A stretch of 64,000 nucleotides of DNA, taken from assembly GCA_002189035.1 (NCBI GenBank), contig NEEC01000012.1:1674001-1738000 (forward strand). Direction: 5' to 3'. The notes under the pieces are model-generated. The model did not search any database. It was not told where the DNA came from and saw nothing but the letters and a program-made list of their open reading frames with translations. Below, piece after piece: positions 14,935-26,860 of this stretch. This DNA is from Utricularia gibba. Lineage: Eukaryota; Plantae; Magnoliophyta. How positions within the stretch are numbered: the first letter of the stretch is position 1; each line of letters begins with the position of its first letter. Both the position numbers and the translations under genes were made by a program.

Positions 14935-17209
14935 CTTCTGAAACTCGGATTACAAAAGTGTCCAGTACGAATCAAAATGTGAAAAACATTCATCCATACA
15001 AACCTGAATGCCAAAAACCAGAATGGCTGATCAGGAAAAGGTTATTGACAGCAAAAAATACATTGAGAAAACTAAATGTATGGAAATATCTTCTTTTTTC
15101 CCCCCTGAGAATAAGGTACGAGCACGATTGGGCCACAAATCTGAATCTCAAACAATCCCAGTAAAAGGATTTCTCGGTCTCTCACACAAGATGAAGAGAC
15201 GCATGACTTCTCAGTCAAGCGATAAAGAAATGCATAAGAAAACATCTGGATCTAGCTACAAGAAGCAGACCTTAACCACCTGTTTGTGATTCAGCCGCCC
15301 CGATCTTCTTCCTTGAGAAACCAAGCAAGCAAACAAAGGGCAACTTTTCGTCTCGAAAGAGACTCAGAGGGCATAGATGAGCCAAATGCAGGTGTAGAGA
15401 ACCAAAAATCCAGACAAATAAATAACTGGGGATTGGCGATAGAGGGGAAAAAGACAGCACAAACAAGAATCAGGTGTGCTTTGGAAGCGGAGAGGTCGAA
15501 ACAATGCCAGCCACAGACCGAATCTTTGAAACAAAGGTCCTAGTCTTCCTTGGTTTTCAGGTAGAGATCTCTATCTTGAAGAAGGTAAGCTGCTGGGTGA
15601 AAATAGTTGGTGGCGGGTTTGAATTCCGGGTGCAATATGTACATCCGCAAAAGCTTGAAAATGAGCTTGGTTTAGCAATGGAGTAAACATGAATTGACAG
15701 ATGGACACAAAACAGTAAAGTAAACGCAAGAATGTGGCTCATTTACAACAGAGGTTGGGGAAAGGAAAACGAAATCCTCTCCTGCACTGCAGCATAAATA
15801 AAATATGAAATATACCCAGTACGCTACAAAAAGAAATTATGCAAAAGGTTGGGTTTTTGACAGAGGAGCAATAATTCATCATACTCTTCAATGATGGAAT
15901 CTCAAAAAACAAAATGGGATAAAGATGTAATCCCCAACCCCCGGCTACATCATTCCCTGAATTCCATCTCCAAGATCGTTGTCTTGCAGAAACGACGAAC
16001 AGAGGAACGCTGTGGAGTTTGACCCTTTTCCGATCGATACCCCACTACCTGGCTGGCATTGAATGTCAATAATGGCGTTGGCAATTGCTTAACAAAAATA
16101 AGTGATTTGTGTCATCGTATTAATACGCGTAAGCCCAAAAGGAATCATTTCACGGATGAGTTAATTCCACGAAATAATTCTGCAGAGCTGTCAATGCGTT
16201 AGGCTTGCTGATAGTGAAGCGCAGTGGAAACTGGAAACTGGAAGGTGAAGCAAGACTCCACAAAAAATCATTATTCTACGGTTTGACTTGCAGTTTCAAG
16301 AACTCTGTAAGGTATGTGTTCTTGGATAAACTACCTCCTGTGCCGAAGAACTAGTGTAAATCTTTTTACTTAAGCTTTTGTTTGTGCCATATAGTTTCTT
16401 TTGTTGCTTGGTTTATGCCGAATCAAGAGATGTGTTTAGCTCTTTGGACAATCCCATGAATCTTTCTAATTTCCTCTCAGGGTGAGGTTCCGTTGTCGTC
16501 ATCCTGATTTATTTGACAGAATCATTCACCTTACACGAGGTGGAAGAAGTATAGCATTAGCAAAAAACACAACTTGCGTGAAGGGAAAATTGCTGGTGAT
16601 ATCTACTTGAAACATTGTTCTCAGGAAACTATGCTGTCTTATGCTACCATTCAACACATAGAAGGGGCTACGCCACGCATCAAAGCAGGAAAGGGGATGA
16701 TGAACCGGGTATGTTGTTTGAGGGGCAAATGTTGCTATGCCAAGATGTATTTCAGCCTGGACGAGGATTTGAGTTATTCAGGATGACAGTCTTTTTACCT
16801 CCCCCGTTTGCTTTCATCTTTGTTTATGATGGTTTCCATACATTTGCGAGTTCCAAACGAGGGTGATCTTCAACTAGGCTGAGGCCTCCAGATTTGAATG
16901 CGAGAAGAAGAATATGCACCACACAGAGCAGCAGGTTGGCTCCAGAGATCATCATTTTTGAATACCATCTTTGTCAGTCAACAGTAGGTTGATGGTGTAG
17001 AAGCGGTATTGTTATCTTGTCAGTGATTCGAATTCTTACATGCTGTTGTGGAACACCATTGAACCCTATATCGAACCCCGGTTGTATGATATGGTTCGAT
17101 GGGATCGACGGTTAGATGGTTCGGTTGTGGGTTAAAAGAAAAGTATATCAACGTTGAATTAGAAACGAGAAGGTCAGCCAGAGTGAAGTAGAGGGGATTG
17201 CTGCGGAAC

Positions 17210-20154
17210 ATGGCTTCCCCGGCCATTCCCAGATCTCCAATGCAGAGGTCATCCACTCTCAAGCGAAGCCCCGTCGTCGGCACCGCCAATTCTGCTCCGT
17301 CAATGCTCTCCTCGGGGGCCTCGAATTTGGATACCTTTTCATCCGACCCAATATTCTCTCCGTTTCTTTCCCCAGATTTCAACCCAACACAATTCTCCTC
17401 CACCGCACTTTCTTCCGGTTCCGCCGCGTCGAGAATCGAAAAACTCCGGGAGGGACTTCGGTTGCTTGATGCCCAGCTTCGGCACGAAGTGGTCTCTCGC
17501 CATCAAGATCTGCTACAACAGTTGTCGTCAATTAAGGCCGCCGAGGCTTCCCTCTCATCCCTTCGTTCCTCTGTTTCCTCCATACAATCTTCCGTTCGCC
17601 GTGTGCGGTCCGAGATCTCCAATCCTCATCGAATTATATCGACCCAGACGCTTCAGCTCAACAATCTCCACACGACGTCTTCACTGCTTCAGGGTACTAT
17701 CAGAACGCTCCGGCTTATTCAGAAGCTAAGGAGCCTGGTTGATTCGCAGCCTGAAGCGTCAAAGTGGGATCTTTCTAAAGCAGCCCAACTGCACTGTGAG
17801 ATTTTGACTCTCTATAAAGAGGGCCATTTATCAGGGATTGATGTGGTGGACGTTGAATTGAAATGGGTTGTTGACATTGGCGCTAGGATCCGTGAAGAAG
17901 GGATGAAGGTATTGGAAAAGGGTCTCGAAAGCTTGAATCAACCTGAAGTTGGATTAGGTTTGCAGGTTTTCTATAATTTGGGTGAATTGAGACCAACAGT
18001 GGATGGTTTAATCAGCAAGTATGAAAAGATGGGTGTGAAAAGCTTGAGTAATGCATTGGATATGAAGGCAATTTCAGTAGGCGCTGGTGGTTACGGTGGT
18101 GGAGGTCCTGGAGGAGTACAGAGACACGGGACACCGCAGATTGGAGGGGGAGCAAAGGCAAGGGAGGCGCTGTGGCAGAGAGTGAGTAATTGTATGGATC
18201 ATTTGCATTCTGTGGTGCTTGCTGTTTGGCATTTGCAAAGAGTGTTGTCCAAGAAGAGAGATCCCTTCACACATGTTCTGTTACTGGATGAAGTAATGCA
18301 GGTTAATCTCTATGTTTTTCAATTATCTCAAGAGATATATGCGCTTGATTTGGTTTCTTCAGTTACCTTGTGTTCATGGACTTTGGCTCTTTCTTTCATT
18401 TTTTCTTGCCATTTATCAGGAATGTAATGCTCCACACTACCATTCATAGAAGTCAATGTCTTTGAAGTGGTTTGAGTTACTTAGATTTCATGTGCTATGG
18501 CTCATTTTCATTCTTGCCTGTGATTTATTATGGAAGTTGATCCAAAGAATGCCTGAAAATTTCAATTCACAACCTCGTTCTTTCAATTGTTTTCTTGAGT
18601 TGCTTTGAAAGCTCATGGATTGTGGCACTTTGTTCATTCTTGTTTGTGCTTCATCAGGAAGGGGGTCCGATGTTGACAGACAGAGTATGGGATGCTCTAG
18701 TGAAATCTTTTGGAAGCCAAATCAAGTCTGCTTTTACTGCATCAAGCTTTGTCAAGGAAATCTTCACTCTCGGGTTTCCAAAGCTTTTGTCTTTGATTGA
18801 CAACCTCCTTGAAAGAATCTCTCGTGATACAGATGTGAAAGGAGTGGCACCAGCTCTTACAACACAGGGCAAGGAACAGTTTGTGGCTTCCATTGAGATT
18901 TTCCAGACAGCATTTCTATCATCTTGCCTGAGTAGGCTCCTAGATCTTGTAAACTCGATATTCCCGATGTCGAGCCGTGGAAGTGTGCCCTCCAAAGAGC
19001 AAATATCAAGGATCTTATCCCGGATTCAAGAAGAACTAGAAGGTGTGCAGTTAGATGCACATCTTACCATTCTTGTGCTGCGTGAAGTCAACAAAGCTTT
19101 GCTTCTGCTTGCAGAGAGAGCTGAGTACCAGGTAATTTCGACAGCCTTAGTCTCTGCATCATGCTCATAGTGATACTTGCTGCAAAAGTTGAGAAATTCG
19201 GGTCGTGTAATTCTCCATTCTCAGATAGCAACCGGTCCTGAAGCTCGTCAAGTAGCCGGCCCTGCAACTCCGGCACAGCTAAAGAACTTCACATTGTGTC
19301 AGCATCTTCAAGAGGTTCACTCCCGCGTATCTTCCATGGTGGCTCCATTACCCTCAGTTGCAGCAGATGCTCTGTCCCTGTCTCTGGGAACAATCTACAA
19401 TGTGGCTGGCGATTCAGTTACATCGCTATTCCAGTCCATGCTCGACCGCCTGCAGTCTTGCATCCTGCAAATTCATGATCAGAACTTCGGCACTCTCGGA
19501 TTAGATGCTGTTGCGGACAACAATGCCTCTCCGTACATGGAGGAACTGCAGAGCTCCATCCTCCATTTCCGCACCGAGTTCTTGTCCAGGCTTCTGCCTT
19601 CGTCGTCTTCAGGATCCATCCCGTCCACCACAGAAACCATCTGCACAAGGCTGGCGAGAAGCATGGCGTCCCGAGTCCTGGTCTTCTTCATCCGCCACGC
19701 AGCAATGGTGAGGCCACTATCCGAGTCAGGGAAGCTGAGAATGGCCAGAGACATGGCGGAGATCGAGCTGTCAGTGTCCCAAAACCTCTACCCCGTGGAA
19801 CAACTTGGCGCCCCGTATCGAGCTCTGCGGGCATTTCGCCCCATCCTCTTCCTGGAAACATCGCAGCTGGGATCTTCGCCCCTTCTCAAGGACCTCCCCC
19901 CGAGCGCAGTCCTCCACCATCTCTACACCAGAGGCCCTGAAGATCTGCAGTCCCCCCTCCAGAGAAACAACCTCACACCACAGCAGTACTCTCTTTGGAT
20001 GGACTCACAGGGGGAAGATCAGGTCTGGAAAGGGATCAAAGCAACTCTAGATGATTATGCTGCAAAAGTGGGAGCCAGAGGAGACAAAGAGTTCACTCCA
20101 GTCTATCCTCTAATGATCAAGATTGGAGAGTCTTTAGCTGGAAATGCATCGTAG
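17210..20154 (+). CDS. COG5: Conserved oligomeric Golgi complex subunit 5, 831 aa
   Basis: Exons 17210-18301, 18658-19131 and 19225-20154 total 2496 nt, open, GT-AG. Motifs typical of plant COG5: FSSDPIFSPFLSPDFNPTQF, KKRDPFTHVLLL, RPLSESGKLRMARDMAE, EQLGAPYRALRAFRP, WKGIKATLDDY. Confidence 0.96.
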
Positions 20155-20552
20155 CCTGAGAGCCTTTAATTTCATTTCCAGACATCTATACTACATCCAA
20201 CACACAGGTGACTGCAAAAAACCTGGAATTCCAACGCTCAGAGCTTTTTTTAACATTATGAAGCCAGCAGTTTTTTTTTTTTTTTTTGGTTTAATGCACA
20301 ATTATCTCAAACCGTTAAAGATTTTTAAATAGATATGACTATTGTGTTTATAATCATGATGAATGTTCTTCTGGGAAAATCTATAGATTTTCTGATATTA
20401 GTAAGTTCATGATAAAATCCGTACAGACCAATATAATATTAGATATGTCATTTTCTAGAAAAAAAATAACATTAATATTAATGTGGGAGAACTCGAACAT
20501 GTAACCATGATTCCTCGCGTGGAAACATGCAAGAGATTACTTGAAAATTTCT

Positions 20553-20682
20553 ATCAAATAACTATGAACTTCACTAGAGATTATTAGGAAACTCATAAGA
20601 AATTCTACCGAAATTCCCATCAAATAACTAAGAACTTCACTAGAGATTATTAGGAAACTCATAAGAAATTATACCGAAATTC
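20553..20682. repeat. 66-bp tandem duplication in the HMA-1 promoter
   Basis: ATCAAATAACTA(T/A)GAACTTCACTAGAGATTATTAGGAAACTCATAAGAAATT(C/A)TACCGAAATTC occurs at 20553 and 20619. It is single-copy upstream of HMA-2. Confidence 0.9.
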
Positions 20683-20778
20683 ACTACATTTTGTGTTATA
20701 AAAGGAGGTCATCATCTCTCAGTAATTTCTCAAAAGCTCCATCTAGTAATCCATTCAGTGCCTTCTGCGAGTACAAAA

Positions 20779-21206
20779 ATGCCGGTTAGTAGTTTTGGAT
20801 TCACCATTTTCAGATGTCTCTTCATCTCTCTCAGATGGGTAAATGGTGTTTTTTTTTTCATGCAGTCTGAGATAGTGATCTCGCTACCTCTGAAAGACGA
20901 GGCATGTCTTTCCAAGGCGATGCAGGTTTGTGTCAGCGTTCCAGGTGAGCATGCGCCTTATCAGCTGCACAACAGCGATAATTTCGAAGGAGTTGTGATG
21001 CTTTTCTGGAAATCGGATTTTGAATTATAACGTTCCATCAAGCTGACGAAATTGATGGTGATTTAGGGTTCAGGTCGGTGTCCAGTAAGGGAAACCAGGT
21101 GGTGGTCATCGGAGAGGGTATCGACGCCTGGGCGTTGACAAAAAAGTTGATGAAGAAGGTGGCGCGTGATGCTACACTCGTGAGCGTGGAGCCGATCGAA
21201 GACTAG
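20779..21206 (+). CDS. Minimal heavy-metal-associated (HMA) domain protein, HIPP/HPP-like, 74 aa (copy HMA-1)
   Basis: Exons are 20779-20784 (ATGCCG|gttagt), 20866-20944 and 21067-21206. Protein: MPSEIVISLPLKDEACLSKAMQVCVSVPGFRSVSSKGNQVVVIGEGIDAWALTKKLMKKVARDATLVSVEPIED*. It fits the small-HMA pattern IVI.V....CRSKAM......GV.SV.......VVV.G.G.D...L...L.KK....L.SV. The 6-nt first exon and phase-1 second intron are typical of that family. A TATA-like TATAAAA lies at about 20697. Confidence 0.85.
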
Positions 21207-23589
21207 TCGCTGCTGCTTGGGGTTCTCAAAATGGCCGCCTTATGCTGAACAAATTAAATGAAATTATATTATTGCTGTTGTTGTTATTATTGTTGTTATT
21301 ATTATTATATTATTATTATGTGAATTAAGTAAGGGGTTTGTTTGTAAATGAGTTTCTATTCTAAATAAAATTGATAAATACTTCTATTAATTCCTAATCT
21401 GAAAACATTAAACAAAATAGGTAAAATGGCATTTCAAACAATAGACAATGATCGCTTTACTTAATTTGGGAGTAAACTGCACAAGGATAAATTAAAATTC
21501 ATTTTCATCTTTTTGGTTCCTACGTGCATATGCGAAAACAGTAACGAAAGTAATTTGGCTAACACATTTGAAAGCATTTGAACAAATTCAATATTCAAAA
21601 TAGAAAATGAAAATAGTGCATAAGCCATGAAACAAAAAAAAAAAAAAAATGTAAAAACTAAGTTTTCAGAAAATAAAAAAAAAGTTTTATGCAGTGCTAC
21701 AATTCCACTCTCTCTTTTACGTCCTCTCCTCAAGCTATGGTTGTTAAGGTTCCTTGACAACAGTCTTGGTCTCAACTATACTTTTGGATGTCGATGATTA
21801 ATTCTATTATCATGCTAAAACTTCTTTTCCTTCATTTTCTTCGATGGAATTCACCCAAAAAAAAAAAAAAAATGATCTCCTCTTCTCGTTGGAAAAAAAT
21901 CTTTAGAAGTAAATATTCTTCCTTCTTTCTCCACTCACTCCAACCCACATGCCCCTTTGTGATTACATGTGTGTTGCTTCCTTCCTTCTTTTATGATGAT
22001 CATGTTTATCTTTCACCTCAATGCAATTCCTATTTTACTCTTGTACTAAAAATAATTTTGCAAACTGGTTAAATATACAACCCAGCCCAAATGGGCCGGC
22101 CAAACGTGCATAGGCTTGGCTAAACCCTAAAACCACCCAACCTTTGAACTAAGAAAAAATGGCTCAAATCATATTTTTATTGAAAATAATTTAACCAATA
22201 CAAAATTTTGGTATTTTTTTTATTCTAATTCATATAATCCTAAAAAAAATTATTGACAATTAAAGTTGATGAATTCATGTGAATTATCATATCAAATAAC
22301 CTTGGTCAAGGCTGAAATATTTCCTATCATATGAAAGAGTGACTCAAGAAGTTTTGGAATTTCTGATTTATGATACATTAAGAATCCCTAAGTGCAATGA
22401 CTATAGTCATCTACTAAAGTTAACATATAGTGAGCACTTGAAGTAGATGGTTAATGATAATGACCCCCATATGTCTATATATAATAAATCAAAAGGATCA
22501 GGGGAATGGATTTCACTAAGAGCAAAAGGCCAACGTGATTTTTAAGCACAAAAATATTGTTTGGAGTCTAAAGAAACATTTTTAGAATATTGAATGAAGG
22601 ATGGCTAAGATGTAAGTGCCATAGCCAATTTTGATATTGGTAGATAGTAGTCGGGGAAAAAAGGTCATTTGTTAGAAAATATAGTTCACTATGAGGAAAT
22701 CTGATAGTCAATGTCTCAGGAGTTTTTTGGTTTTGTAAAATATTGTGGGAATCAAGAAATTCGAAAGCTAAGAAAGTTTGGTGAATGAGTTTTCAAACAG
22801 AGATGAGATTACACCAAAAATCCTTTGCAAAAAAACATTATTCAAAATAAAGGATTTGGATAAAATATATTTACCAAAATGAATGATTTGTATTTGACTA
22901 CCATTAGGAAGGGAGACAAAAGCAAGATGTTTCAAGGGATGTATGTTACTGAGAAGTGCAAGATTGGCACAAATGTGGTTGGTAGCTTAAGAATCAATTA
23001 TCCAATCATCGTTGAAACCAAAGGTAACACGAAGGGGTAGTAGAGATTCCAGTAAAATCATGATCACAATTTAGTTTGAAATTCATTAGAATTTGGATTC
23101 AATAAAATGGTTCAATTTCGCAAATGTATAAAATAGGGCTATTCTTCTAATGTATATCAAATGGAACTTCTGCAAATAAAAATTTTGTAGAGGGTTATTT
23201 CATTAATTGTGCTACACATAAACATTGAGTTGCAATTAGTTTACACAACTTAGGTCTCATCTTAGGCTAGAATTTGCTCACATTACAGCCTCAAGCCTAA
23301 GAATGGTTGGACCTAAATCCTTTTTCAATTTGAATCAAAATTATTTTGAAAATTTACAAAATGCATTTTATTAATATATAATATGTAAAAAATATAATAA
23401 AAAGTTTTGAAGAAAACTAGATATAAAATGATAAGACGATACAAAAAAGATATAAAAAATTATTTTTATATGATAAAAAATCATTTAAATATATATGATA
23501 TTTATTTATTTATTTCACAACACCAACATAAATAAAAGAATGTAATTCACTTGATTCAAATTTCCAGTTTCTACAAATACTTGTCATCA

Positions 23590-24126
23590 TCAACAGCCGC
23601 CGCCACCCCCACCTCCTCCTCCGCCACCGCCACCTCCGCATCCGGAACCACCTCCTCCACCAAAGCCGAAGCCGCTGCCACCTCCGCATCCGCCGCCTGC
23701 TGTAAACGTGCCTGCGGCTAGGCCCCCTGCCCCAGCTCCCGGAATCATCATTCCTCCGTTGCTCCTGGTGGCACCGGCACGATGCACCGGCAGAGTCGAA
23801 CCGTGACGTGCGAGGCAACAATCCACTATCACGGAAAACAGTATCAAACTGTTCAGAAACTGATAACGATTGTAGCGCTGCTTTACCCCGCTGATTGTAC
23901 GCCGCTGCATCTGGTTTGTACTTGACGGTTCTAACCGTCAAGCATGAGACTGAACCCAGCTATAAAACAGCTGGGTTCCTTGCTGTTTTACGATTCGATG
24001 AATTACGAACAGTTTTATTTTCTCTTCAATTGCCTTCGTATTTGTTCTACCCAACGTCCCTTCGACCTTTGAACACAAACCTCCCGCGCACCCGAAAATT
24101 ATGATAAAAAACGCTTCTGGACTCAT
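23590..24126 (-). pseudogene. Single-TM Gly/Cys-tailed small protein, copy GRP-A, interrupted by a solo LTR
   Basis: Removing 23850-24080 gives an open 101-aa frame MSPEAFFIIIFGCAGGLILFSVIVDCCLARHGSTLPVHRAGATRSNGGMMIPGAGAGG...GGGC*, collinear with the intact copy at 33228-33560. With the insertion, an in-frame TGA falls at 23938-23940. Confidence 0.85.
23850..24075 (+). mobile_element. 226-bp solo LTR with 5-bp target-site duplication
   Basis: Termini are TGTTCA...TGAACA (TG..CA, 6-bp inverted). CAAAC flanks it at 23845-23849 and 24076-24080. An internal CTATAAAA lies at 23960-23967. It is absent from paralogues B and C. Confidence 0.9.
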
Positions 24127-26679
24127 GGTACTGGGTCGTGTTGTTGATTCCTTTCAGCAGCCAGTAGCCGCTCTCTCTCTTTATATAACGAATGATTCAA
24201 GATAAGGAGACGCCGGAGGAAGCTTCCACCGTCAACGGTGCAAAATATATATAAGAGTCAGAAATCCGCCGACATGCGTTGACATTCTCATGTACATTTT
24301 CGCACATGTGGATACGTAGAAACCCAGATGAATGTTTGATATATTCAGAATAAATATTGATATCGGTAATGATAAATATTTTTTATCTTTTGAAATAAAC
24401 CTGTGGTTTCTATATTATTTATAAAAAAATCCTTAATTTTGAAAATTGGTAATATATTAGATTTTGATTTTAAGAACTTGCAAAAGTAAACTTCCTTGAA
24501 CAACTTGTAAAACAAACCTCAATTTTTTGAAAAACACATAAATTAGTTTGTAGAATTATAAATTTAGTGAATTACACCTCATCCACAAAACCATTCAAAT
24601 TAAACCTCAAAACCTTTAAAACTTAGCAAATTAACACTGTCAAAATTTAAAATTGGTGCATATTAGCCTCGATTCGTTTTTTTCCTATTTCACATTGATT
24701 TACTATAAATCCAATACTTAATTTTCTATTATAATATATGTAAAAAAATGATATCCATTAACTATGTTTATTGTTATCATATATTTATTTTTGTGAGGGA
24801 ATTAAATTTGTTTTAAACTATGAGAATTGTAAATTTTTATTTATTTTATTTTTCGTATTCATTAATGTATGATATAACAAGAATATATATATATATATAT
24901 AAAATACAAAACTAACATCCATATTTAATAACTTTTTCAATCTTTTTGAATTTTTATATTGAAGCTAGGTTGGATTCTTGTTCCTAATACTTCTATATCA
25001 TATATATTTGGAATAAGAATTCTGATGAGAGTCCTAAAAGTGTTTGATGATAATATTTTTTATTTTCTGTTTGATGATAATATTTTTTATTTTCCTTTTA
25101 GAATTGATACAATGAACATAAAACAATATCTTTTAAAAATAAGTCGAAGGTTATTAAAAAAAGATATTATCATCAACCCGCTCAGCCATGTAATGAAATT
25201 GTCAAAAAAAATATCTCATTGGGTAATTATATGTATATTTTTATGCATAAAAAAAAATTCAACCTTCTGTCATCGTTGGGAACTGGAAAATTACATTAAT
25301 GTGCAACTTAAATCCATTTATTGAATATGTTATGTCATGACAATTATCTCGGTGATTTGAAATTTCAGGATTAAAGTGAGTTCAATCCAAATTTACACAT
25401 TTTCTGATTGGATTTTACAATTTTTATAAAAAAATTAAAGAGAATTCTGAAAATAAAAAAACTTAGCTTTGGATAATAATTTTTAAATATTCTATATTGG
25501 AAAATAAATATAACTAAAAATTAATAAATGTAATTCAAACTATTATAAAACAATGTCATTTACAAATCTAGCTATTTTTATTAAGGAAAAAAATTAATAT
25601 GAAATGTGATTAATTTTTTTATCATATAATAATAAAATTTTTAAATCACCTTTGTCAACATCCATTATACAATCGGACATAAAGTGAATTGAAAACGCTT
25701 TTAAAACATTGGTTATCTCATATTTTCGTTGGCATGGCTTTGATGTCAAAAATAGGAAAAGTAAAAGCACGTTTGAACCAAGGTAAACGCTTGCTGACAA
25801 GGATTTACAGTGAAGCAAAGTCCTTTCAAACGTGACTATTTTTCTATTTTCACTGACATTTAATATAAGATTTATTTCATTTTTTTTTTGTAATTTATTC
25901 TTTGTCAAAGTGTTCTTGAATACCACAAAATTTTAAGAGAGTGACTTAATAGAATATCGTTGGCAAGAAACATTTGATTTAATCTATTTGTAAGGATGTG
26001 AAATGTAGAGATTAAGATTTAATGTGGAGGAATGATGCATTATCATAACACGTGAAATAATTTTGATAGTATGATTAATTCTATAATATTATTAAATGAA
26101 AAACGATGTTATAACGCTTATTGAATATCAATCTTTTAAATTAACACTTTGGAACTTGTGCAAGAGTCAATACTTAAGGTTTAGACACACTTATAAAAAC
26201 AAATTTTAGCCATATTATTTTCAAATCTATCTTTTTTTCTCGTCAATTATTCTCAAATTGTTTTTAAGAAAATCCAAATAATAAAATTCTTTATGAATAC
26301 AATCTTTATTTATTAATTTGATGTTTATATACACTTACATAATTACCTTTAATTATTTTTCAATTTTTGTTATTTCAAATCAAACACGCTTTTGATCCAT
26401 TATTCAATTTCACTATTTAAAAAGAATTATTCAAATACAATAATTTCAATAGGATAAAAAATTCGATAAAAATATTTAAATTATAATTAATAAAAAAATC
26501 ATGTTTCCATTTAAAAATTCAAAATTGTATGAATTATTTGTTACCACCGATATGAAAGTACAAAAGTACGCTTGAGCCAATAGATTAATTGATCGAATTT
26601 CAATATCAGTTAACCAGTTCATCGATCAACATGTCAATTTTAAGACACCTTCCAATGAAAGGCAAACACAACAAACAAT

Positions 26680-26860
26680 AGGATGTTATTGTTCAATATT
26701 CTACAGATGCAGAGTATACGATTAAAGAAATCTCATCACTTACTAAGTTATTGTACCCCAGATGATTTTGTTATCTTGGATCCAATTGCTCCAGACATTT
26801 CTGGTAAAACTTGTAAAAGAGGAAGAAATTGAACTGAAAACGCTTGATTAAATTGATGGT
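26680..26860 (+). mobile_element. Highly degraded Copia RNase H remnant
   Basis: GTTATTGTTCAATATTCTACAGATGCAGAGTAT reads VIVQYSTDAEY, resembling the Copia VARSSTEAEY motif. Downstream similarity is weak. Confidence 0.35.

Noticed and set aside
17020-20050. ORFs antisense or out of frame to COG5
   Set aside because: Expected by-products of GC-rich coding sequence.
24200-24320. Possible W-boxes in the conserved GRP promoters
   Set aside because: The motifs read TTGACA or TTGACG rather than canonical TTGAC(C/T).
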